From: Orbicella franksi
Taxonomy: Eukaryota
Reading direction: 5' to 3'
Assembly (NCBI GenBank): GCA_964199315.1
Contig: OZ116712.1
Location: 16,492,001 to 16,556,000 of the forward strand
DNA: 64,000 nt
Each line of letters opens with the position of its first letter. Position 1 is the first letter of the stretch. Of this stretch, positions 1-12,166 are shown piece after piece. The position numbers and the translations under genes were made by a program. The notes beneath the pieces are model-generated. The model did not search any database and was not told the origin of the DNA. It saw nothing but the letters and a program-made list of their open reading frames with translations.

Positions 1-242
1 TTTCCAGGACTCAGATTGATTTTTGCAGAACTCTATAATTCACATTAACCCTTTCATTAACAAGATCTCAATGTTAATTCTCCTTACTGTCTTTCATGCC
101 TTTCATATTTTTTTACTTGAGTTTAATAGAATTCCAGAACTTTCCAGGACCAGTAGCCCTTTACCAGGACTTTCCAGTCTTGGAAAATGCCACAGTAAAA
201 TTCCAGGACCTTCCAGGTTTTCCAGGACCCATACGAACCCTG
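1..242. mobile_element. MITE end, CAGGGTTCGTA-terminus family (truncated by window edge)
   Basis: Ends TACGAACCCTG|TA with internal TTCCAGGA repeats. Same terminus as the element at 54721-55039. Confidence 0.7.
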
Positions 243-778
243 TATATAGCAAGTTAAATTCTTGAAAGCCAAAACGTTCTTAATTTGCAGTGCTTTCAAT
301 AACTGAAATTTGAATTATGTGGCTACCCTGGTACAACACTCATCACTGGACAGAAAAGTCCATAAGGGTGATTTTTGAAAGCTACTAAAATTGAAGGGAT
401 ACATGGAAAAAGAGCCTAAGTGACATCTGATAGGCAGCAAGATTCTCCTAACAAATTGCTTTCCCCTTCCTTCCACAAAAAAAAAAGGAGAATTTGACAT
501 GAGACCAAGAGTCACTGGATCTCTTTTTGGATGCACCCCTTCAATTAAAGATGCCGATTCATAACAGAATACCGACTGGAGCCCCAGTCAGGTACACAAC
601 CTTATTGATTTAGCACTGATTAAAGATTAGCTGCATATACAATGATTAACTTTCTCAATCATACATTTTCCAATCTAGCCTAACAAATGTTTACCACAGA
701 GTCTTCTCATCTTCTGCATGTTACAATTACAGCTAGCTATGTTGCACCTTTGCCGATAATTTACACTGTACTTGTAAG

Positions 779-1019
779 GAGGACTCGAAAAACAGTGCCG
801 TCCAACCACCCCAGACAAGCAGATTTTCCTGCCACCAGGCAAGTAACTTTTTATTCTTACTTGTCCATTGGGCAAGGGCAAGGGCCCAGGCAAGTGGTCT
901 GCCAACCAATTTAAAAAGAAAATTAATTTTGTAAACTAAAACTTGCCCAGGGCAAGCAAACTTTGAGAGCTGAAAGTCCAAAGAGCAAGCTGGAATTCAA
1001 GTTGATTTTTGGAATCCTG
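779..1019. mobile_element. CAGGG-type MITE, same family as 22067-22622
   Basis: Aligns by eye with the reverse complement of 22067-22159 plus 22512-22622; GGCAAG/ACAAG subterminal motifs. Confidence 0.65.
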
Positions 1020-1055
1020 TACACGCAATATAATTTGAGGTCTTTTTTAACTCAC

Positions 1056-4000
1056 CATCTACTTAGACAGTGTGTCCGTGGTGGAAAATCAAATTCCATG
1101 TCAAACATTTCCATCATTCCGTCAGGCAAACCATCCTCTAAACCTGGCAAAATCGGATAACATTGCTCATCAATTTCCATTGTCAAGAAATAACAGTTAA
1201 ATAACTGTTTTGAGAGAGGAGAATTCAGTTGTAAAACAGTAATTGGCAGTAACTTTATTAACAGAGGTAGCCTCTCTTTTCCATATTATTGTGCAAATAT
1301 TTAGCAGTTCCCAATACTATTCTTATCTATGCTTTTGATTCTGTGCTTCTTATAAATTCTGCCCAACATATATCGTGAACATTAAAAGGTAGTAAATTAA
1401 ATTAAATTTATAAATGCAATCTGTGAGAAACAAAGTATGTTGTTGTTGTTGTTGTTGAGGTGCACACCTTCTGTTTGCTTGGTAGTATTCCTTGCAGGCT
1501 TCTTTCTTGTCCTCAGATGATGGTACGCCACGACAAAATTAAAATTACCAAAGGCTATTCTATCAGAAATTACACCCCAAATTCCTTCTTTTTCCTACGA
1601 TGGGAAGGAAAACAAGAAAAAAATAGTTGCTCAATAAAGAATCCTATTATCAACAAATCATTTCAAAAAAATATGCAGGAGACTTAAATAGGGGTGGGGA
1701 GGTATTTCTGAAAGTCAGTATCAAATGGTGAGTACTGTCCATATCAAGTTACCATTGCCGTAATTATTACAATCAAACTTTTTGAGTAAATAAAACTGTT
1801 GGAGCAATCTGTGCCCATGCAGAGTGCATTTGTCTGAAGAAGACCGCAGGTGGCAGTGGAAAATTCAGTTTTAATGTTTTTTTTTTATCTGCTTCAAACT
1901 CCTTTTTTAGAAATTTAAAATTTATGAGTAATACTTAAATAAATAATTTTAACACCAGTGAGAACTTTATAACTTACATCACTGCTGCCTACTTCTTCAT
2001 GGGTTACAACTTGGCAATTAACTCAACAATGCAAACCAGCCAGGGGCTTAGGGTGCACTTTTTACAGAGCGAGGCACCACAGAGAAAGTGAATCAAGCGA
2101 CTAAGTTGCAAGCCGCTAGCGGGGTGTGGGGGCATGTTTTCAGGACACTTTTATTCCTTCACTTCACTTAGCTTCTTTGTGCGTCGTGGCACATAAGGCC
2201 TGTTTATTCCTAGGGGCTATGAAATGCCACTTCCCAGGTTTTCCAGAGAATATTTTCATAAATCAAAACATGGAAAAACGTATGTTGCTTATACTGGTAT
2301 GTCAACCTTTGGGATAATTGAGATTAGGTTTATAGGAGACGAGATCTGGATTTCTGGAGGTATGCACATGTGTATGTGCGTATATGGCTGCTACACCCCT
2401 GCAAGTTTTGTGTTTTCGAAAATATACATATATAATTAACTGACAAAATGTGTTCATCCGACAAGGCCTTCAAGACTTACATTGTCCTTTCTGTTTGGAA
2501 TAGGATCCAGTTTGCTCTTTTCAAAATTCCCAAATATTCCTTTTCCCTAGTAGAGAAAAGCAAAAAAGAATAAATGGTTCAATCACATAGTTTGTGCTTG
2601 CCCTGAACCAACGTGGCTAACACCATCAGAGCTAAGATACCAGTTTCATAGTACACCAAGAAGAGGAGTACTGCGACGAGGTGTGACAAATGGAAAAGCC
2701 CAGGACTTGTCAAGACAATGTCAATTAACCCTTTCAATCCCATGGGGAAAACCACATATTTTGTAAAATGGTAACTATAGACTCAAGGGCCCCACATAGT
2801 ATACACTGTTTGAAAGATATTATTTGTGGGATACCAAACATCACACTAACAGCCATAGAGGAAGACTCAGTTTGAATTGAAAAGCATTCAAAGCGAAAAA
2901 CAAAAAATTGTTAAAAAATATCTCACTCCTTGTTTAGTTTAGTAATACACCTAAACTATAGCTTAATATGCAGCTCTCAAGTCAGATATTCCTAAGAGGA
3001 AAAAGTTGCACAATTTGCAACAAGTCTCATATAGGAGGGGGTATGATTTTATGCTTTCAAATGACAGATCTGTCCAAGAACTTTTTGCAGTTCAAATTTG
3101 ATAAAAATTGACCAGATATTGAGCATGACTACAATGGCATTTTGTGTCACATGGCATTCCTGGGAGTGAGAGGGTTAAAAGATCCTTGTTTGAAAATCAG
3201 AGAGCAAAATTTCAATCAATTCAGGGCAGGAAAAAACCCAAGTCCAATTGTCTGGGGCATGTAGATTTTGCTCTTAGACAAGTGAAGATGGACGTTTGGT
3301 GGTCCGGTGGACAAGTGAAATAAGCCTGTCAGTGGTCTTGTTGGTGACTATTTCCAAGTAACTACTGGTGCTGTAATACCGGTAGTTTTCAGGTATCTGA
3401 CACAACAGTCATTTGTGTCACTGTGCAGTATCTTTCACCCAGTTTGGCACCAGTAAGCTTAATTTGTTATAGCCTATCACTGACTATAGACAGTACTTAC
3501 TAAATGATGTAGTTGATAAGGCATGATTACTGCGTGCCTATTTGAATTGAAAACTGAAATGTCCTGGTCCACTGGGCAACTGGATTTCATAATGTTTTTC
3601 CTGCCCTGTTTGTAATACTTTCATAGACTCCAAGACACTGCATTCTATTGGCAGCAAGTTGTGAGAAAATTATTACATTCTTGCACTGGGCGGAGTCATG
3701 CCAATTCTTTTGATAATTTAAAAATTATATAAAACCCTAGTGTGGATTAAGAATTGCAACGATGTTTTCTGTTTGCCAGCAAGTTATTTGAGTATATCAA
3801 CTTTTAAGACATAAAATCGTTTCAGAAACTATAGAAAAAAAAAGTAAACTAGTTAATCATGCATTAAAAGGTTTTGTTACGATACTTTTGAGGAAGCTGA
3901 CTTTCTGTTTGAGCCATCTAACTTCCACTCAATGAGAAGGTGCTCGAGTTTCGCAGCAAACCTAAAATCAGAAATGAAAAATTCATCATCTGCTAGAAAA

Positions 4001-6499
4001 CTATGGGATCCTGCTTTTTACAGCAGAAGTGTCAACAGTAGGAGCAAGAGGGGCACTTTTGGCTAGATAATGAATGGTAGTCATGTCTTGCAAACAGACT
4101 CAGTCATTTTGCTTAAGTATAAGATATCTGCTAGGTCAGTGGCGGATCTAGACCTTAAGCTAAGAGGGGGGGGGGGGGAGTGGCGCTTTTGTTTTGCTTG
4201 CTGTGCCGGCTTTTTTTCCTTCTGTGATTTCTTCTTTTTTTACCCAAAATAAAAGGGGGGACATGGCCCCTGGGCCGCTCCCCTAAATCCGCCACTGTAG
4301 GTCACTTGCCCAGTTCTGTTAAGTTGTGTTAAAAATAAATTTCCATCTCAGTGCTCAACACCAATGCTAACCCACTAGCCCAGAATTAGTAAAAGTTCTT
4401 GTTGGGCTAGTGAAAATGCACTTCTAATAGCCTGTGGACCAGTTAGTTTTGTGGAAAAATAAATGTACTACAACTCTATAACTTGGAAAGTTCCTTTTTC
4501 TAAAACACTTCATCAGGAGCTAGTTTCTATCAGGGTCGTCATTAAGTTTTGAGTCACCTGTAGCCTCCTTCTCCACACCTGTAGCAAACATGTTACTTTG
4601 TGGGCGAATTCTATCAACAACTGGCAAGTTCACCCATAGCATCAAGGGAAAATCAAGCATACTCAGCCATAACAGATGTTACGGGTTATAGCCCTTCATG
4701 ACAGCCCTGCCTATAGCTTAAGTTTTTTAAACCAGAGTACCAACAATCCATGATCCATATCATAGGGGTACGATCGACTTAAGAAACAGATGCCATCTTG
4801 GAAAATGCCTTAAGTCCTCACTTCAATTTTACTCAAGAGGGATCTGGGTGAGAGTCACCATAAGTTCACCATCTTCTATTATTCTCCGCCATCATTTTCC
4901 TGTGATCAGCCATCACGTAAGAATGAAGATTTCAACAAGACCAAAGTATTTGGACCCGAATAGCAGAGATGCAGAGTAGACTCACCGTTTATGTAATGCT
5001 TCGAGAATTGTCTCATAAAATTAAGCGTTTTGTATTGTACTAAACTGAACATGCTGCCAGTCGACTTGCCATGAACTGGCACTTCTATGAAGTCATTGCT
5101 TAAGTCACTGAATTATTAAAATAGTTCTGGAGTGGTATTTGGACTTCCACATTAACTATATAAATAAAGAAAACAAATATCGACAACGGAGTGTTATTCT
5201 TTTTATTTCATTTAATATACCGTCACTTGCATCTAAGCATGAACATGTGATGCTGAAACATGCTTTAATTGGGTATCAAATGTGGCATGATTGGTCATCA
5301 AACATTTGAAGTTTATCAGACCGTAATGCAAAAATGTTAACTCAAAACTTTTCACTTTCAAACTCAAAATGTTCACCATCAACAAATACTACTATACTAG
5401 AAGTAAAATCACCTTCGCGAAAGGCATATGCATATTGACACAGGTTAGGGTCAATTTCTCTGAAGAAGTCTTCTAGGTCCAATCTTTCTGCCATTTCGTG
5501 TGCTAAACTTTTAACATGAAAAAGTTCGCGTTACGGTCTGCTAAACTTGAAATGTTTGATGACCAATCATGCCACATTTGACACCCAATTAGAACATGTT
5601 TTGGTGTCATGTGTTCATGCTTAGATGCAAGCAACTGAATGTTAGTCTTTACGAGTGTCACTGGAAAAATAAAAGGGCTAGGTGTCAGGGGAGGTCAGGG
5701 GGAGTACCCCAGAAAGACAGGAATGCTTCCTAATTCTCTAAGTGTATGTTTTTTTTCCTGGCCTTGTTTTGGACCAGTGGCTTGTCCTTGTGGGCTAGTG
5801 ATTTGCTTTGCTTACTAGCCCACTGTCTAGTAACCGGAAGTGTTAGTGTCGAGCACTGCATCTATCAACATCTACAAAAGGTGTGTTTCCAGAAAATTTC
5901 CATATCCAATCCCAGAAAGTATGATTACCAAAACTGGAATTTCCAGAGAGATGGGAGGGGTGGGAGGGGGGGTGTTCAAACCCAAAAACACTCCATCAGG
6001 GAGAGGTACAGATATTTTCTGGAACCACACAAGCCAGTAAAGTTTTCCATTTTCGTGATAAAGGAAGGGGTATGGTCTTAGGCTGACCAGTTCAAATGCT
6101 AAAGGAAGCCATTTAAGATTAATGAAAGGTAACTGGTTAATGCTAACATGGACCAAAATTACAAGTGGGGGTTCTCTTATTTCAGTTAAAATTTAACAAG
6201 CTCGTTAGAGTCTTGAAAACGAAATTACCGGCACAGGACGCTAAATGGTTAGGAATTGAATCACCGTTCTATTATTAAGCTATTAAAGTTTAAACTAACT
6301 CCGTCTAATTAAGCTAATTTAAACTTACCTTTCCCATTCAGATGAAGTTGTAAAATCTGTTATTTCAAATACTTCATCCTCCTAAATTTGACAGGGAAAA
6401 ATAAAGCAAGCGTGCATTAATACCTTCCTTGTAAGATTCATTAAAAACACTTAAAATGATTATATTCTGGAAGCCTACTTCCTCCGCTCTGTCCGCCAT
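1056..6499 (-). CDS. RAB3GAP1: Rab3 GTPase-activating protein catalytic subunit, 5' part (gene continues beyond the left edge)
   Basis: Exons (minus) 6479-6499, 6329-6381, 3886-3961, 1468-1594, 1056-1143, all GT-AG and phase-consistent. Product: MADRAEE|EDEVFEITDFTTSSEWER|FAAKLEHLLIEWKL...|EKEGIWGVISDRIAFGNFNFVVAYHHL...|GLEDGLPDGMMEMFDMEFDFPPRTHCLSRW. Matches the recalled RAB3GAP1 N-terminus (EVFEITDFTTASEWERF...NDFPPRAHCLVRW). Confidence 0.95.
2729..3174. mobile_element. piggyBac-like MITE
   Basis: TTAA|CCCTTTCAATCCCA...TGGGAGTGAGAGGG|TTAA: TTAA duplication with CCCT termini. Confidence 0.8.
3222..3608. mobile_element. MITE with CAGGGCAGGAAAAA TIRs
   Basis: 14-bp perfect TIR; no TSD readable. 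Confidence 0.75.
4137..4297. mobile_element. MITE with CAGTGGCGGAT TIRs, 5-bp TSD
   Basis: TIR CAGTGGCGGAT(C/T)TAG; TAGGT on both flanks; internal G tract. Confidence 0.8.
4531..4709. mobile_element. MITE with CAGGG termini, probable 5-bp TSD
   Basis: CAGGGTCGTCATTAAG / CTTCATGACAGCCCTG; flanks TCTAT / CCTAT. Confidence 0.7.
5220..5637. mobile_element. Long-TIR non-autonomous element enclosing a short ORF remnant
   Basis: About 110-bp imperfect inverted repeats (5220-5335 vs 5520-5637), left end TA|CCGT. Minus ORF 5342-5494 MAERLDLEDFFREIDPNLCQYAYAFREGDFTSS... Confidence 0.7.
5882..6031. mobile_element. MITE with TGTGT(G/T)TTCCAGAAAAT TIRs
   Basis: Terminal inverted repeats. Related copies at about 52202-52513 and 55301-57807. 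Confidence 0.7.
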
Positions 6500-6823
6500 C
6501 TTTGTTTTACGTTCTGAGCATGCGCTGTCCCGACGAATGGATGCCAGCAATTCAAGAACATTTTTGTCTTCTTTCCATTTTCTCCTAATTGTATTAATAG
6601 ATTGCCAGATTTTCCACATCAAAGAATCATATTTTTCCATTTAAAAAGAAGATGAAAGGAAAAAATAAATATAAACTTATGATTTTCATTATGACGTCAT
6701 TAATATTGTACCCAGTCCTCTAAGGGCCACTCGTACAGCGTCCTCTGTCGATATGTCCAGCTGGTCCGGAGGGAAGATTTTAAAGTTTTTTGCGACGCAC
6801 TTATAACAAGACAAAAGATATTA
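6500..6823. promoter_or_regulatory. Compact bidirectional promoter (RAB3GAP1 / NEURL2-like)
   Basis: Divergent ATGs 325 bp apart. CpG-containing. Palindromic CRE TGACGTCA at 6692-6699. YY1-like AAGATGGCG overlaps the RAB3GAP1 ATG. Confidence 0.7.
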
Positions 6824-9800
6824 ATGCCTGTTCTTCCTGAGAAATGGGTTATAGGTTTCCACGAAAGGCATGGACGTAACATAACACTCACCAATGGCAA
6901 TCAGAGAGCTGTAAGAGAAGGTGATACCTACGACCATGGAATGGTTTTTAGCGACAGGCCATTGCACATTGGGGAGGTTTTTCAGCTTAAAATTGAAGAA
7001 TTGGAATCAAAGTGGGCAGGATCTTTGGTATGTAAAGGTTACATGAAATGCTAAGGGAGCTGTTCTCCTTTAGTACAATTTTTTGTCGCCATTAGTTGAG
7101 TTCTCTTTATTACAAACTAACTGAACAATTGAAGTTCCCAATTCCCAATTCCTATGCATTTGCAAATTTGCCCCATGTATGGATCACTACCCGAAATATT
7201 TTTAGGTTCGTTGATGATCATGTTACTGTGATTTAGACTAAGTGAAATTCTGAGGTGTGTTTTCCCATGTTATTTTATAATTAAATTTATAAAACTCACT
7301 GGGGGGGGGGGGGGGGTGCAAAACAAGGCCCCATTTGTGTGGTTTCAGGTACCCGAGATTACCCCCCCTGCTTCCCCCTCCCGAGTTACCCTGAGTGAGT
7401 TAACTTCCTCTCTTTCATTTGAAAAAGTCAAACACCAATTTACATGATTTTCCCTGATGGGAAAGGTGTTGGGGGGGGGGGGGGGGCGATCATTAGGATT
7501 CAGGTTTGAGCAACCATTAGCATGGGAGATAAAGATATGTTGCATGACGACCAAATAGGGTGACTGCAAAGGCAACTAGAGAAAAGGGGTACTGAGATGC
7601 CAACCTGAAAAATGTGAATTCCAGGAGATTGTCATCGATTTTTCCCCTTCTCAACCCTAAAAAACATAGTACATATTGAGTTTTGCCAAATCAGTCATGG
7701 AAATGTGTCAAATATCCCACAAAATGTCCCAAAATTAGTCAAGGATTCACAGTTTGAGAGTCCTTGATATAATTGAATGGTTTGTAATTTAATAGAAAAA
7801 CATTGCCCTGTATTTTTTTTTTTTTTTGCTGGTTTGCTCTTTGTTTTCATGAAATAATGTCTGCAAAATACTCAGTTTTCATAGTGGCGTCTTTCAGAGA
7901 TCTTTTGTTGCACAAGGAACAAAAGAAACCTTTTGTTTCACTAAACAATGACATTTGGTTTCTCTTTTAATTTTTAACTTTTTAGCCTTGCAAGTAGCAT
8001 CTTGATTTGGTTTTTATTAATTAATTAGTAATTTCATTTCTAATTTGTCAGCGATTTGGCATCACTACAAACAACCCCAACTGCCATCTGACAAGAGTAG
8101 TTAGAGCCGCAACAGATTTGTTCACACCAGAAGGTCAGGAATACTGGATGCTGTCTGGCACTCGCATACACAATGGAGAAATAGAAAAAGAATATTCTTT
8201 TAGCATTCACTCACTTAAAGTTAATGATGTTCTTGGAGTTCAAGTGTTGAGTACTGGTGATTTAATTTATTATGTTAATGGTGTACCCCAAGGCATTGCA
8301 ATCTCTGGTATACCTGTAAGAAAAGACATATTTGCTGTATTTGATGTTTACGGAAGGACAAAGCAAGTTTCACTGAAATATTTTGGAGGTGAGTATTCAC
8401 AAACGCTTATATTTTTAACTTTGCTCTCGTTCAATCCTTATTAAGACTAGCAAGAACAAGAACTTCCTTACCAGTTACTTAAAAAGAAGTTCTATTCTGT
8501 GGCTTAGAATAATTATTATTATATGTTATATATGTTTGTAACCGATATAACATATGCTCTGATTGGCTAATGATGGGCCATTATTCTCTGTAATGCCTAC
8601 AGGCTGATAATGGGTCTGCAAAGACAAAGCAAAATAATAAACAACTTATCAACTTTGAATGTTTGGTCTTTATGGGAAAATCTCAAACCTTGGCCTTGCT
8701 GTATTGGCCTTGCTATCACTCCATCAATACAGCAAGGTCTTGGTTTGAGATTTTCCTTTAAAGAACTCACTCTCAATTAATAGGCAGTTTACTAAATAAA
8801 TACACTTAAATGTTGTGGCATTGTCCCCATGTTTGTGTCTCCAGACAATAAAGTTCTCCCCTTTGGTTAAACTCATCAACAAACGATGAGCTTGGGGAAT
8901 GGTGCCTGAAAGGATGGTGGAGCCCAAAAGCAAACTAAACTGAGCACATCGGGTATCCATGACAACCCTGTGAGCGGCGACCACCAGGCACCATGACACT
9001 GCAAAAACAGTGGAAACACGGGATACTTACCACATACTTACCCTCAAGCCAAAGGGAGATGGGTGGGCTGGGAGAAAAGCTTAACAAGCACTGCCCAGCA
9101 GCAAAAAACACGCTGAATGATTTGACATCCAAAGCCGAGCTGTTAAATCCCGGCGCCCCTACACAAATCTCCCGGCCACCCTGAACTCACTCTGAGGGAG
9201 ACTGCTGGCCAGCAATCTTGTTTTGCATTTAACTTAGCCTAAAGTACATTTAGCTACATGAAATTATTTCTGAAATTCTTACACAAAAATTGCGTATTGT
9301 TTAGGGACACCAGGATGACTGCTATTGAACATGTTCTATGGACAGATTATTCAATTTCTATTAAAACATAGCTGCTGTGTGTCCACTATTGAAGCCGAGC
9401 AATGCAAAGCTGGAATTATAGAGCACATATGTCCTGGATGATGTATTGCCTGTGCAATCACCGCCCTTTCTCAGATGAAAATATTTTTTCTTTATCATGC
9501 TATAGACCCTTTTCATAAATGGCTGCCAACTTAAAATTCTTTTGTATGCATATAAATTAGCCTTACTAACTTCGTTTCAGAGTAAAATTCTTTTGAATTA
9601 TCAACTTCAAAATGAGGTTAGTAAGGCTAATTTTAATAGTTGCAAAAGAATTCATAATTATTGGCTGCCATTTATGAAAGTGGTCTATATTCAAAACCAA
9701 ATGGAAGATGATGTTCCTATGTTTCCTAAGAAAATAATGCACTTTTGAGGTCTAGAAAAACTGCTGAATGCACTTGCGATCCACTCATACATACACTGGC

Positions 9801-10124
9801 AGTTTTGTAGACCAAAAGAATACAATATTTTCTGACAGGACATGGTACACCTTCTATTTGGTAGAATAGAAGAGATGTTGTAAAACGCAGAAGTAAGTAC
9901 ATGGACAACCCCCCCCCCCCTCCCGTTTACTGCCCCTGTAAATACTGCTTATGGTATTTCTCCACAATATACATGTGTACAAAATATTACTGTTTGGATT
10001 TTACTTGACAGTGGGGACTTTGGAGGAGATCTGCAGGACTGAAATACTCAAATGGGTGAAGGATAAAGACAAATTAGACGAATTACCGATACCAAAGATT
10101 CTTAAAGACTTTTTAAAAGAGTGA
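6824..10124 (+). CDS. NEURL2: Neuralized (NHR) domain + SOCS-box protein, NEURL2/OZZ-like, 217 aa
   Basis: Exons 6824-7027, 8052-8388, 10012-10124 (654 nt, phases 0/1). NHR motifs FHERHGRNITL..., GMVFSDRPL, DIFAVFDVYGRTKQV. C-terminal SOCS box GTLEEICRTEILKWV...LDELPIPKILKDFLKE*. Orthology to NEURL2 is inferred from architecture only. Confidence 0.85.
8550..8790. repeat. Interspersed hairpin-containing repeat
   Basis: Internal palindrome GGGAAAATCTCAAACC...GGTTTGAGATTTTCC. Second copy at about 32850-33075; related copy at about 18165-18340. Confidence 0.7.
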
Positions 10125-10474
10125 CATAATAGGTACATAGTTGGATAATAATTTATATGAATAAAGCAGAGTTTAGACAGTATAATGTCAGTCCATATGC
10201 TTTTATTAAGTAAGGTCACTGAGATGGAGAAAGTATTTTTTCTTAGTTTTCCAAGGAGAAAGCACTTCAGCACTGATGTAACCAAATATTTGCGTCCAAC
10301 ACTCACATCATAATGTTATTGTTGTTTTGTTCTACATCATGCAATAAGCTAAATACATTACATAAGTTTTTTTGTGGCACAGTATAAACATCGTCAAGTT
10401 GAGATTCTGTAATAATAGACTTTTGTCCTCTGTTTCTGGAGACGGTGACCAATGCAGTGGCCAATTTTCTTTCT

Positions 10475-10477
<3 letters not shown>

Positions 10478-10553
<76 letters not shown>
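10478..10553. repeat. (CT)n microsatellite
   Basis: About 38 CT units; source of the spurious RE/SL ORFs. Confidence 0.99.
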
Positions 10554-10557
<4 letters not shown>

Positions 10558-11145
10558 ATACTTTGTAAAATAGCTGCAATAAAAAATCAAACTTTTACTA
10601 TTTGTTTCAAGATATCTTGTGTTTAATACATGGATGTTAGAAAAGCTTGGTTGATCTTGCTTTGCGACATGAAAAGAACATATTAAACTTTATGAAATAT
10701 TTACTTAAGTAAGCTCAGTAAATTTTAACAAATAGAAAAACGCTTTTAAGTACTGTTTTACAAGATTGCTGTGTGGGACTCCACGATATGTCATCGATGT
10801 GGTTCATCTTTTGCATGCGTCCATTTGAGCCAGCGTTTCTCAATTCTAGGGGAAGACAGGGCCCTTAAATGAGTGAAATTTCAGTTTAATTTGTTTGTGT
10901 GTAGCATAGGCTACCTAAATTTTCTTCCTGCATTTCTCAGATTTCCCAACTTCTATTTTTACTGTCTTGTAGTATAGGACCTGATTTGCATATGCCAAAC
11001 CCAATCCCATTTGAGTGAACTCAATTATTAACTTCAACAGTTGATTCAAATGTGATTGACCATGCATGGGTTGGGATATTAGTTAAGAACCTTTTTGCGT
11101 TTTTTTTTTTTTTTTTCGCATAACATCAAGCAGTGGTGAACCAAG

Positions 11146-11483
11146 CCTGGGGCCAGGACGAAGGGGTGGGACTCCCACAGAAAAAGGATTGGGGTGCTCA
11201 TTATACTCTTTTAGGGGTTTAAAAAGTGGTTTTGTTACCTCTTGCATGTAGGGCGTTTAGCCTCAAAAGGTCCACAGCAGAAGCTTTTTCAGTGTACCTT
11301 TTAGGATATTGAGTCAACAAAATATGAGAGGGGATGATGTGTTGTTTTAGAATTGGTATCTCTTAGGGGTGAAAAAAATTTCAAGCCACGCCCACAAAAC
11401 AGGATCTTGGTACCTCCTGGAGGCTCTTTTCGAAATTTCTGATGAAGAAATTTTTTATATGGGAGGCCCAACTCCCCCCGGGG
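11146..11483. mobile_element. MITE with G-rich/C-rich termini (GGGACTCCCA family)
   Basis: Degenerate inverted termini CCTGGGG...GGGACTCCCACA / TATGGGAGG...CCCCCCGGGG. Confidence 0.55.
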
Positions 11484-12166
11484 GACAGACTACCCTTTTA
11501 TTTCTGATAGGTAAATTCTTCTGGCAATCATTTCCTTGTGGTTTTAACTGGTGAAATTTCTAGATCATGTTTATCCAATGAGCAAACAATCTTTTCCCCT
11601 GGACCTGTCCTTTTCAATTTTTCTCAAGGAATGACATTCTTGTTCCACAGCCAACTGTTCCTCTTAGCTGGTGGGCATGGGCCTCAGCACGAGAAATAAG
11701 GTGGCTTTGGAGAGTGCCTGATTCAACTGACTAGATTCTTGGACTAAGATTTTCACTAAATCAATGTTGTTCCCTTCCCCCCATCAGGGGGAGAGGGGTT
11801 CTTGCCAAGGCCCTGCTGCCTTTTTCTCATGCCAAAGTCCTACTGATAGGGGGAGCGACCCTCTGGAGACAAAACTGATATGCATGTAAAGAGAATCATT
11901 AACTGCAGTCTGAAACACACTGAACTGCAGCTCAATTAAGCTGAGAAAAAGTCTAAAAACGACAGAAACATGATTTGAAGCAGCAGGTCATGTGAAGATA
12001 AAGTGACTATGTTGGGTTTACAAAACCAGTATTTTTTAATAAATTAGTTTCTGTCACATAATTGAGTGGTTGGTTTTCAAACTAACGGCCCTGCTGTGTT
12101 GTGATATTAAATAAAGACGAACATTTTGAATGATCAATGGTATCATTCAATGAATTAAGTACTCAC

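Noticed and set aside
1977-2020. Additional RAB3GAP1 exon ending at a GTAAGT donor
   Set aside because: No acceptor gives a phase-0 open exon; exons 3886-3961 and 1468-1594 already join in frame.
3878-3885. U12-type intron donor in RAB3GAP1
   Set aside because: GTATCGTA departs from the GTATCCTT consensus and I saw no U12 branch site.
10303-10590. RE-repeat and SL-repeat ORFs
   Set aside because: Artefacts of the (CT)n microsatellite.
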